Shown here: piece after piece, positions 9,621 through 20,300 of the stretch | Layout: every line of letters starts with the position of its first letter | How positions within the stretch are numbered: the stretch's first letter is position 1 | Virus record (IMG/VR): IMGVR_UViG_3300032288_002343 | Coordinates: 64,001 to 114,174 of that record | DNA from: a virus | Taxonomy: Duplodnaviria; Heunggongvirae; Uroviricota; Caudoviricetes | DNA: 50,174 nucleotides | Strand: one strand, 5' to 3' | The notes under the pieces: generated by a model | Database searches by the model: none | Told to the model about the DNA's origin: nothing | The model's input: only the letters and a program-made list of their open reading frames with translations | Translations under genes and position numbers: made by a program

Positions 9621-9651
9621 CAAAATTATTTGTTATTAATGAATTTTCAAT
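9621..9651 (-). promoter_or_regulatory. Bacteroidota-type primary sigma promoter (-33/-7)
   Basis: ATTG, 19-nt spacer, TAATTTTG (fits TAnnTTTG); ATG of 9220..9615 is only 5 nt downstream, so the transcript would be nearly leaderless. Confidence 0.55.
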
Positions 9652-9696
9652 GAGTTACAAACAGATAAACGACATAATATAGCTATAGATAGGATG

Positions 9697-12600
9697 TTAT
9701 TGTCTTCTAGCTTCAGCAGTCACTCTGATGCCCATTTCCTTAGCTAAATCAGGACTAATAAGAGGAAGAATCTCCTGTTGGAACTGAGAAGGTCCAGGAA
9801 TTAAATCAAGCACTCTCTTTGTAGGATGGGCTTTATCCATCAACTCTTCATCACCTGTAAGGGTTCCTCTGGTTTCTCTTTCTAAATCTACAATAGCTTT
9901 CTCAGCTTTTACTAGTATACCAAGGGAAGGTATTATACTACCCTTTGTAACACTTTCAAAGGACAGAGGATTGTAATAGAAGGAAAGTTCATCCTTTGCT
10001 TTACTGAGAACCTTGATATAAAACTTATATTTATTAGCTGTAATAGGATCCTCATCTTCTGGAGGAATAGCCATCTTAGCAGCTATCACCACAATCATCA
10101 TAGAGAACAAAAGACCAAGTTCTCTAGTCTCCATACTAAGCTCTTTTCTCATGAGGTCATAGAACTCCTCGTCTGTAATTTCCAAGTCTTGACCTGTTTT
10201 TTCTTTGTAGGCAATTCTTTTCTCCTCTAGGATTTCATTCATAATACGAATTCCTTCCTCATCCCCAGCAAGTATATGCCTCATTTTCAATATGTTAGCA
10301 AACCCAAGGCGAGCCCAGGTTTTAAAGAAAAGTCTTGTTCTACCATATTCCCATTCATCAAGCTCTTGGTTCTTCTGAATATCCATGGTACGCTCACTAA
10401 TCTGTTTAGGTATCCAGTTCCTAAACATCATGAACGATTTTAAAATAGTGTCTCTTCTGTAGTCAGCTCTATTCTCTCTACTCATCTGACCATTCAGCTT
10501 TCTACTGTATTCAATTACACTAGCACGATATTTAGCAATCTCCTCCTGACTAACGCCAGGGATCACCAACTTATCATCTTCAATCTTAGCCACCTTAGAT
10601 AGAGATTGTGTTTCTTTTAATTCTGTCACTCTATCTTCAAAAGACTTCTCAAGAGCACGTCTATCAGCAACAGACATGTCGTATTTAGTTTCTCTGTCTT
10701 TAGCTCTTAGGTATTGACGAATGTTTACAATCTTACCATCAACCACCATTGAGTTATCATTGAAAGCCAATGCGTTAGCAAATTGAAGCTTTCTTTCTGG
10801 CCAAGAGTTAGTAATCATGGCTATATCAATCAAAGACCATGAGCTTAGGTATTTTAGATAACCTTGTTTTTTAGCAAGTCTTCTCTGTTCTTCTACAGCA
10901 ATATCTTCGTTAATAGGAACGATTGTATCCAGAAGTGCCTTATCAACAGTGGTCAGTCCCATTCCTGTAGTAATTTGAGCATTTCTTTTCTGGAACTCTC
11001 TGAATCTATAAAACCCTCCAGCATTAATAAATGCATGGAAGTTAACACCAAAGTAGTTAGGGATTGCAACAGCAAGTTTTAAACCTACAGCTAGAGCTTG
11101 TGTTAATGCATTTGAACTTTCTAAAAACTTCTTAGTAGATATTTTTCTCTGTTCCTTCTGTTCTTTATCTTTTCCAAAAGCTTCTGTCACCTTCCCTAAA
11201 GCAATGTTTCCTATAGAATCAAGGTTCTCATTAAGACCATATAACCAATCATCTATAATCTTCTCTAGAACATCAGCATTCTTATTAGAACTCTCATCCA
11301 CTTTAGCATCTCCTTTAGTATCATATATAATATTGTTGTTTTCAACAATAATATGACCTTTGGATTTCTCTACAGCATGTAATGTTAGGAGTGTGTTCTC
11401 CATTCCTTGTCTAGCTTCATACTCCATCAGTGACTTAATCCAGAGCGTGCCTACCTTCGTAAGGTCTTTAGACAGCTGTTCTACAGCTCTTTCAGTTCTG
11501 GTGAAGTATTTAGGAATACCTTTCTTCAATCTTCCTGTCTCAGGATCAATCTTAGAATAAGCCAATCCTTCATAATCCCTAACAGTGTAATAATCTTTGA
11601 ATAAATCTTTAGCCTGGAAAGCTACATCTTTTGTTTGAGCAAACTTGTCAATGATAGTAGCCTCTATTAATGGGAAGAAAGACAATCCTTTCCTATCAAT
11701 ATATCCCATCTCTCTAGCCTTCTGATTCAGCTTTGTATAAAACTCCCACATCTTTAAAGCTGCAGGGCTCTTTAAAAGTTGTTTATAATCATCAGAATAG
11801 TGATCTTCTTCCTTCATCGATCTATTGAAGATGTAAGCAAACTGATATCCCTGATAACCATTAAAGGTGGCAAGGTTAATATCTAAAGAATCTCTTAGTT
11901 TTTTAATTCTATACTCTCTTATTTCATCATCTCTTTCTGGATCAGAAGCAAATGTTGTAGCATTTAATTCCTTTATTCCTCTTTCAATTGCATCTTTAGC
12001 AAGCCTGTCATACTCCTCTCTATCCATGTTCTTAAGGAAGAAGCTTTTGTTCTTTTCTTCTTTAGCTTTTGCTATTTCATTCCAGAACTTCTTATCAATC
12101 TTCTTAATAAGGACAAGCTCATCTTTCTCCACTCTACCAATCATATCAAACGCACTAACACCTTTTGCTGCAGCTTCTTTCTCAAGAGCAAGTACAAGAG
12201 GTGTATATTCAGCAACTAGCTCATTAGTCTTTAATGACACTAGACTGCTTGATTTAAGAATAGCATTAGATGCAAGGCGTATAATCTTTGGAGAAAGCTT
12301 TGTACCTTCAAGAAAAGTCTTTGCTATAAACTCAAGTTCTCTCTCTGCACCAATTACACTTTCTTTAGTCTTCTCTGTTGTAAGTCCTTGTTTCAGAGCA
12401 TATTGTACAACGAAGTCTCTTTGAAGCTCGTTGATTCTATCCATCATTCTTTCTGTAGCATCTGCCACTTTTACAAGACCTTCAAATACTTTCTTTTCCT
12501 CTTCAGTCATACCTGATTTAGGAGTAACAGATAGGTATATTTCGTCTACCTTAGAGAACTTCTCAGCACTTGTCTTAAATTCAAGAAGCTCACCTAGCTT

Positions 12601-14376
12601 ATTTCCAATATCTTCCTGCGTAAGAGCAGAGTAGTCAAGATTTTCAAAGTCCTCAAATGCTTTCTTTGCTTTCTCCATAAATGTAGTAGCTACATTTCGC
12701 AAGGGAGAAAAGTCAAGTTTCATATGAAGAGAACGAATGGCTTTAGCCATTTCATTTAACTGAATGTTCTTTAGGAATTTTTCCTCTGGACCAACAGATT
12801 TTTTGTAAAGCTTCTCCCACTGGTTTCTTAAAGAAGCTACAAGTTCATCTACCTTTTTCTTGTTCGTAGATTCTGTATCCAGTGCTACAGGAAGAAGATA
12901 GAGCTTTGTTTCTTTTAGGTTATCAAACTTACCAATCTCTAAAGAGTTGAGAACTAGCTTACTATCTCTGTCCCCTCGTATTGCTCTATCATAATTTGCA
13001 ATAAAAGGAATCATTCTAGTTCTTCTGAGTTGGTTAGACTTCACACCATAGTTGTATAATATCTTGGTGTATTCACCCATCTGTGCTTTCCATTCGTTTT
13101 GTTTATAGAATGGAATATCATCATTAACAGTTTTATCAAAGTTGGTGAACTTCCAGTCATACACATCCACCTTTATATCCTTTGTACCATCTTCTTTCAC
13201 CACAGGCTCAATAGCAATTAGGTCCACTGTAGAGGCAATCATACCCTTTACCTTCTCATTAACCACCTTCTTCTCTACAAGAAATCTTGTACCTGGAGCA
13301 TAAGATCTAACTAGCTCCTCTAGATAGGATCTAATACCTTTTTGGATAGTGCTGTTCAGAGGTGTTTCCAAAGGAGTATTTGTAAACTCTTCTTTGACAT
13401 ATCCATTCTTATCAATCAAATCGTTGAGTATAGTATTTTCAATAAACCCATGACCAGCCAGTCCCCATTCTTGTTTATAATCATCTTGTTTCTTATCAAA
13501 CTCACTACGCTCATTTTGATTCTTACCCTTCACTTTCTCAGTGACAGTAACTGCCACTTTATTACCATCAAGTGTGTAATGTCTTTTATCATTAGCAGTT
13601 TTTGGATTAAGAACAAGTCTATTGTCCATATCCATCACCTTATCATATATCTTGTTAACTTCTTCATTATCAAGTTGTAAGAACACTTCACCTCCTACAA
13701 TATCAGCAGTGGTACCACCTACATTACCAGAAATAATAAGCTCTGCTGTTTCTCCAAATAGATCTACATTTGTTTTTCCATACAAACTCTTTATAAAATC
13801 TAGAACAGCATCCCACAGTCTTTGAGCCATGTTCCTTTGTTCTTTCTCAAGAGTTGTTGGAAACTCAGTATTTCCTTCTATCTGGTTTACAATTCTTTCT
13901 GTGATAAGTTTATCAACAGCTTCCTTTTTAATCTTACGAATGTTAGGTCTTCCATCAGGAAGTTTGTAATAGCTATTATCTTTATACTCCTCAAACACTT
14001 GTTTGTACAGTGTAGTGTTACCAATCTCAGCAATCATTTTAGTCATGAGTGTGGGATTGGTTTGCTCTATTATAGCTGTAGCAATATGGACAATCTCTTC
14101 TGTAAGCGCTTGATCTTCTCTACCCATAGCAATAGCCACCACCCCTCTAGCCAAATCAGCCACCCCATTAACTGAGTTGATATCCATCCCTGTTGCTTTC
14201 GCATATTCTGCCAGGTCCTGTATATCAATTCCCATCTGGGTAGCAGCAACCTTCATCTTGCTGATTACATTAGGAGATGCTATTATTGCATCCACCTCAA
14301 GCTCAGCTAATAAAGGATTACCTGTTTTCTCAAGAGCAGCCTTGAAACTTGAACTATTTGGATTTATACAAGCCAT
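9697..14376 (-). CDS. crAss-like giant ejection/virion protein (1559 aa) with degenerate zincin-like and PD-(D/E)xK nuclease-like domains
   Basis: LTEEIVHIATAII...KEAVDKLI (zincin-like, first His replaced by Glu); FLVEKKV...STVDLIAIE...VYDWKF...QMGEYTKIL (nuclease fold); follows the RNAP gene with a 1-nt gap as in crAss-like large-gene clusters. Confidence 0.75.
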   Translation of the reverse strand: MACINPNSSSFKAALEKTGNPLLAELEVDAIIASPNVISKMKVAATQMGIDIQDLAEYAKATGMDINSVNGVADLARGVVAIAMGREDQALTEEIVHIATAIIEQTNPTLMTKMIAEIGNTTLYKQVFEEYKDNSYYKLPDGRPNIRKIKKEAVDKLITERIVNQIEGNTEFPTTLEKEQRNMAQRLWDAVLDFIKSLYGKTNVDLFGETAELIISGNVGGTTADIVGGEVFLQLDNEEVNKIYDKVMDMDNRLVLNPKTANDKRHYTLDGNKVAVTVTEKVKGKNQNERSEFDKKQDDYKQEWGLAGHGFIENTILNDLIDKNGYVKEEFTNTPLETPLNSTIQKGIRSYLEELVRSYAPGTRFLVEKKVVNEKVKGMIASTVDLIAIEPVVKEDGTKDIKVDVYDWKFTNFDKTVNDDIPFYKQNEWKAQMGEYTKILYNYGVKSNQLRRTRMIPFIANYDRAIRGDRDSKLVLNSLEIGKFDNLKETKLYLLPVALDTESTNKKKVDELVASLRNQWEKLYKKSVGPEEKFLKNIQLNEMAKAIRSLHMKLDFSPLRNVATTFMEKAKKAFEDFENLDYSALTQEDIGNKLGELLEFKTSAEKFSKVDEIYLSVTPKSGMTEEEKKVFEGLVKVADATERMMDRINELQRDFVVQYALKQGLTTEKTKESVIGAERELEFIAKTFLEGTKLSPKIIRLASNAILKSSSLVSLKTNELVAEYTPLVLALEKEAAAKGVSAFDMIGRVEKDELVLIKKIDKKFWNEIAKAKEEKNKSFFLKNMDREEYDRLAKDAIERGIKELNATTFASDPERDDEIREYRIKKLRDSLDINLATFNGYQGYQFAYIFNRSMKEEDHYSDDYKQLLKSPAALKMWEFYTKLNQKAREMGYIDRKGLSFFPLIEATIIDKFAQTKDVAFQAKDLFKDYYTVRDYEGLAYSKIDPETGRLKKGIPKYFTRTERAVEQLSKDLTKVGTLWIKSLMEYEARQGMENTLLTLHAVEKSKGHIIVENNNIIYDTKGDAKVDESSNKNADVLEKIIDDWLYGLNENLDSIGNIALGKVTEAFGKDKEQKEQRKISTKKFLESSNALTQALAVGLKLAVAIPNYFGVNFHAFINAGGFYRFREFQKRNAQITTGMGLTTVDKALLDTIVPINEDIAVEEQRRLAKKQGYLKYLSSWSLIDIAMITNSWPERKLQFANALAFNDNSMVVDGKIVNIRQYLRAKDRETKYDMSVADRRALEKSFEDRVTELKETQSLSKVAKIEDDKLVIPGVSQEEIAKYRASVIEYSRKLNGQMSRENRADYRRDTILKSFMMFRNWIPKQISERTMDIQKNQELDEWEYGRTRLFFKTWARLGFANILKMRHILAGDEEGIRIMNEILEEKRIAYKEKTGQDLEITDEEFYDLMRKELSMETRELGLLFSMMIVVIAAKMAIPPEDEDPITANKYKFYIKVLSKAKDELSFYYNPLSFESVTKGSIIPSLGILVKAEKAIVDLERETRGTLTGDEELMDKAHPTKRVLDLIPGPSQFQQEILPLISPDLAKEMGIRVTAEARRQ

Positions 14377-14377
14377 G

Positions 14378-17300
14378 TTAGTAGCATTCTTTAAGTTTGT
14401 TAATCACTTTTTTAGCATCCTTCTTAAGAGCATCATTGATGTACTCTTTTGCTTTAGCTTCTGTGAGTTTATGTTTCTTAGCAAAGTTAGTTAAAATCTG
14501 TTGTTTTCTTTCTGGTGTAATATCAGTTATTGAATCGTAGTCTATCTGAGGTACTTCTTCAGATGGGTTTGCTACCTCTGGTGCAGCTTCCTCAGCTTCT
14601 TCTTCAGACACTGTAGGAGCAATACCAAAGTATGACAATATCTTCTCATCTGTAATACTCTCATCTGACTCAATAAATCCATTATCTATCTGGGACTTTC
14701 TTGGAGTGTTGTAAAACTCCTTAGCATAAATACCATCTCCCCATGCATTGATGGCTTTATACAGAGCTACCATACCACCATTTCCATTATCCACAAGTCC
14801 CACCTTCTTAAAGAGTCCTCTCTTTACATAAGAGTAATCACCTCTTTCTCTCATGGCTTTCTTTTCTTTAAAAGTGAAAGCCTTCTCATAAGTGTAAACT
14901 ATTACATCGTAATTAGCTTCTTTAGCAAGCACAGGAACTTTTAACAGAATAGGTAGTTCCTTGTTCTTTATTGCATCATAGATGTCAGACCTGAACATCA
15001 TGTTTGTGTTATAGTCTTTCTGCCCTGTGTTCCAGTCCACTACATACTTAGCCTCCATGTGAGGAACTAAATCATCATAGTTCCAATAGGTTCTTTCAAA
15101 TACATTCAGATCTTTGAAAGTTTCTAAGGAAGTCATTCCAGGAAGGTTTGCAATAGAGCTGTTATATATTCCCATCAGATCCTCGTAAGGTAGAAGAGTT
15201 GTAAAGGAAACCTTAGACTGACTCAATCCAGACTGCAGCACTGATAGGGTGAGTAGATCATTATACAAATCTTCTTTACCCATACTCTTCAAATGGTTCT
15301 TCAGTTCTCTGAAGCCATATATAATCTGGTTCTGGTCATACACCTTATTAGTCTTGTTATCCAGATATAGGTTATTCACCTCACCTTTTGATAAAGGATC
15401 AGCAAAGTCTGCCTTCAGATTCTTGATGATAATGTTCTGACTCAGAGGACTTTCTGAAGATATTGATGAGATAAAATCAGTGATTCTCTTAGCTACGTTA
15501 GTCTCCTTAGACACCATCATTTTATTAATCTTCTCAGCTAAATTACCATCCACCTGAGTAACCCAATCAAACAATGTAGACACTACCCTTTGAGAGGTTC
15601 TGATGAAGTCTCTATCATTCATTTCTACATAAGGCTTAAGTACCTCTTGTATAGTTTCTCTAATAGTTCCTTTTCTATCAGCTATCAATATCTCAGAAAG
15701 AGCTTGACGCACATCAATAATACCCTCCATCATTTTACCTAAGAAGGAGTTTTCTAGAAGATCATCTGCAGAAGAGAAAATAGTATTTCTTGCCTTGTCC
15801 AGCTGATATAACTTCTTGAATATCAAGAAAGGATCATTGAAGGAAGATGTATCAAAGTTAGTTCCTTGTGTAACAATTAATAGCTGCTCAGCCATCTTTG
15901 CATACTTCAAGAACTCACGTAATATAAATCTCTGTTGAGCCTTTTGAGTTTTGTTAAACTCAGCTTTACCAATCATATCAAGCAATGCCTCATTATTAGG
16001 CACTGCAGGCACTCTCATAGCAGTGCCCTTATATTTAATATTCTTCTCAAGCTTCTTTAGAATCCTGTCATTGAACAGCCAGGTGCTTCCTGTTTTTTCA
16101 ATCTCACGTAGGTAGTCACGGATGATAGGTTGGTTCATGAAATAAGACACTGTCTCAATAGGAACTCCCACCTTAATTAGGAACATCCATGTAGATGCTA
16201 CGTTAGGCGTAGCACCAATTTCCATAATCCATGTATCCTTAGAGATGTCCACATATCCATCAATAAACTGACCAAGTATGTCAGAGATGTAATCACCACC
16301 AGCATTCTTAATCATTGAGATGGTAGGATAGGTTTTACCATCAACCTCTAGAGTGTTATACTCATTAAACTTGATTACACCATCTCCCAAGAACTTTCTA
16401 TCCTGTAGCTTAAGAAGGTCTTTCTTTCCTTCAAAGTCGATATAAATAGGAGTTCTTTGGTTCAGAGAATGGTTAGTCTGATTTACAGCAGCAATACCAA
16501 TTGCATACTTACCTGTAACCATCGCATGTCTCAGCCTAGACATAAATCTTCTGCTGAGCATGTTTGCAGCTACATTATAGTCAAATGATCCTAGTCCAAG
16601 TTTATCAACAATCTCTTTTGATAACTTCTTCATCTGGTCAGCAGAGTTAGGCTTAACCAAGTTTTCAAAGTTAAGAGGATGAGATACAAGCTTTTGTAAA
16701 GACTCAATGTATCCATTCTCTAAAGACTTCTTATAATCTTGTCTGTATTTGAACCTGTTTCTAATTTCTTCACCAACACCCTGGAAAGGAATTATTTTTA
16801 TCTCTCCAGTCTCTTTGTTTACATCAACGTTCTTTAAATACAGATTGAGTTTATCTATATCAAAGTCAGATCCCACCTTCTTCACCAGAGCTGAAGGAAT
16901 CACCACAGCATCTCCATACTCTTCTGGAAGGAATCTTTTAATTACAAAACTATCAATAGAGTTTTGTTTCTGTGTAGGAATACGGAAACCAATACCCTTT
17001 AATATCTCTGAGTTTTTAAGTTCTTCTAGAAGTTCTTCATCAGAAAGGTCACTCTTAAACCATCTAGCCACCATTATCTCGCACACACGCTTACCATCTT
17101 TATCCTCATAGAACTTAAGAACATCTGATGCGTATACACCATCTTTCACCTTACGAGCACCACCCTCTAATAAAGTGGAAGGGATTTGCACCTTCATACT
17201 TCCACTCATCTTAGGAGACATTACATTTCTATCAGCAATAGAATACAGAACGTTTCTCACCTGCTGATAAGCAGGAGTGGCTTCTAGGATAACAGAGCCA

Positions 17301-20300
17301 TTCTTATATCCTTTAAGAGCAGCACTAATATTGTCATTAATCTCTCGTTTGGTAAGTTCTCTTCTTAGAGCATCTGCCACTTTCTCCAGGCTTTCTACCT
17401 CATAGCCATCATCCACCTTCTTTAAGCCAAACTCTGTAGTGAGAGCATTCACTCCCTCTTCTACCAGGGCTTCCAGGATATCTTGGTTATTCTTAATCTC
17501 TTTGTATAGGTTGTCTCCATTATTATAACCCATCTTTCCATCCTTACTCAAAGCATTCCAAGCAACATATCTCTTATTGAATGAAGGCTCTTCAGGCATA
17601 AAGTCAATTGGTACACCTGCTGCCATGAAATCTAGAGTGACAAGTTTGGTCATCTGAGATCCTCTAGTTACAACATTCTCTTCTTTAGAAGGAACGTCTG
17701 ACTGGATGCTCATGATGGCAAATGGTATATTCAATACAGTTTGAGGAAGCATAGGATTACTCTTCTGCTTTTCAGTCTCAAAAGGCTCCTCATTAAAGTT
17801 ACCTTCCTTATCATACAGACTAAAGGTTTTTTCAGCTCCCACCTTTCTACCACTCTTAAACACCACATAATCAACATCTTCCTTCTGCATTTTATCATAC
17901 AGCTTAAGAGCGTTTGATGTAGGGTTCACCTCTCTTAACACTCTGTAAGAGAATGGATAGAGGGCAAATTTATCAAGTACAATATCATTATAAGGTCTTC
18001 CATTAGCCTTGTTACCAGATACAATAGGCTTGATAGGAGTGTAGGTGCGCATCACCTTAGGATTACCAGCTCTGATAATCTTCTTCTCTCTTCCTGTAAG
18101 TTTTTCTCCCTTATCTTGTTTCTCAAAAGCTAGGTCAAATTTATATTGTCTCTCCTGGTCACTATCCCACTCACCAGCTCTAATCTTGAAGTTACGTAGA
18201 GCCTTCAGAGAAATAATACCACCACCATCAGTTTCCTCAAACACACCATAATCTTGTAAGTCTGATGTAGAGTTGACATCATTCACCGTAGCACCTCTGA
18301 AATAATCTCTGTCAAAGTTAGTGTAACCAGCATCCTCCTCACTAAACCCTTCATTCCACACTTTGTGGAAAGCACTATTCATTTCAGGAGAGTTACTAAT
18401 AATAGCCTGACGAGGAGAATTGAAACTTTTGATACGTTTCAGCTCATCTGAGTATTGATAAGGATCAGAATATAAAAGCTTATGTAATTCAATATTAGCT
18501 ATAGCGTAGTTGATAGATAGGGTGGCAAGTTCATTTTTCAGTTCATCTTCAGTGAGCCCATCCTTTCCAAAAGACAATCCTTCTGTAACGAGTTGATTAT
18601 CACGCACTTTGATAGCTCCATACTCTGCTAATGTGTTTCTCAACCTATCTCTTTCTCTATTTATAAAGGCATCAATAGCTTCATTTATATCTTTACCATG
18701 CTGTGCGTATAGCTCATCTATAGAACCTTCAAACTCAAGAACAGTTTTTTCAAGGTCTTCTTTGAGAATACCTTTGAAGAAACGTAAGTCACTAGAGTTC
18801 TTGCCTTTAGCAACTGGTCTATTTTCTTTGGCAAGTTTTATCTCATCCTCTAGATAGCCTTTGAAGATAGTGTGCGCACGTTCATAGTTTGCAAGTATTT
18901 CAGACTTGTCAACACTATTTCCCATATACACCATCCACTCAATAGATGCATCACCAGGTACAAGATTTAGGTAGTAACCTGCAGTGTTTAGGTTTACCTC
19001 TTGTAAAAGTCTTTCTTTGTAATTAAGTTTAGAAGACTCTTTTTGTCTACCCTTCTTCTGATCTACAGTACCATCTGCATAAGCAGTTTGCATTAACTGA
19101 TCTGTACCTTCTATGCGTTCACCAGACTCTTTATCAAACATCTTATACAGCAACAAAGAGTTAGCTGCAAAGCTATCTGTAAGTAGATACTCGTACTGTG
19201 TATTGGCAAGCTCGCTTAGGTTAGTTACCTGAGAGAGGGTGTTGTATAAATCGTTAAGAGCGTTTGTGCCAATAAAGGTTTGGGTGAGTTCTCCGTTCAC
19301 ATTATAATATGTGCTGCTGAACTCAGGATTGTCCATCTTTGCCTTTATCTCAGAAAGCTGGCGTAAGCGCAGATCAATGTCTAGAGTTCTACCACCCACA
19401 CTCATAATACTTCTACCATTAGCAATGCTAGTTCTAATACCATTCACCGCCTCAGCAAACTTTGTTTTCTCAGGCATGGTAGAAAGTCTCTCTTCATCAA
19501 AGTTAATTCCAAACTCTTTTAGGAATGCCACCTGTGCAGATAGATCGTCCTTCTTAAGCTTTACATCTTTCTTTATAGCATCAGTGTTTCCTATGTATGA
19601 TTTACCATTCTCAGCTTTCTTGAAATACTTGCTATTCTTAGCAATAGTGTTCTTAATGTTGTTTACAAACTCTTCTTTCACCTGTCTAGCAGCTGTTGTG
19701 AAGTTTGCATCACCCACTTGGATGTCACCATTATCAAGAACATACACTGTCTTCACTGTAGGAGATTGCTTCTTAAAGGATCTCCAGAAGGCAGACAGTA
19801 ATTGAAGATCTGCTGCATTGTCTAGCTCATCGATAGTTTTGAGCTTGGACAAACGGTTGTACAACTTAATATATTTAGGATCATCCTCAGACATAGCTTT
19901 CACTCTGTTCACCATCTCTGTCATACTACGAGAGGTGTGAACATTGTTCATTACACCTATGAATATCTCACTCATAGGAAGGAGTGTATAACCACCTATA
20001 GAAGACAATTTCTCACTACCATTGCTTTGAATTACAGGAAGACTAGCTAATAACAGTTTAACTGCTGAATTAGTCTTTCTCATGCTATCTATCTTTCTAG
20101 CATCTGCATATGGATCATCCTTACCCTTCTCAAGAGTGGAAAGGTCAATATCATCATTCTCATCAAACTCAATGTTGTAAGATCTGATGTATTCTTCATG
20201 TTTCTCAACAAGAGCTTCCCAGTTATCTAAGATGTTCTTATACAGGTTGTTATAATGACTTATCATTATATCACCTTCTTCTGAACCAACTTCCTCATCA

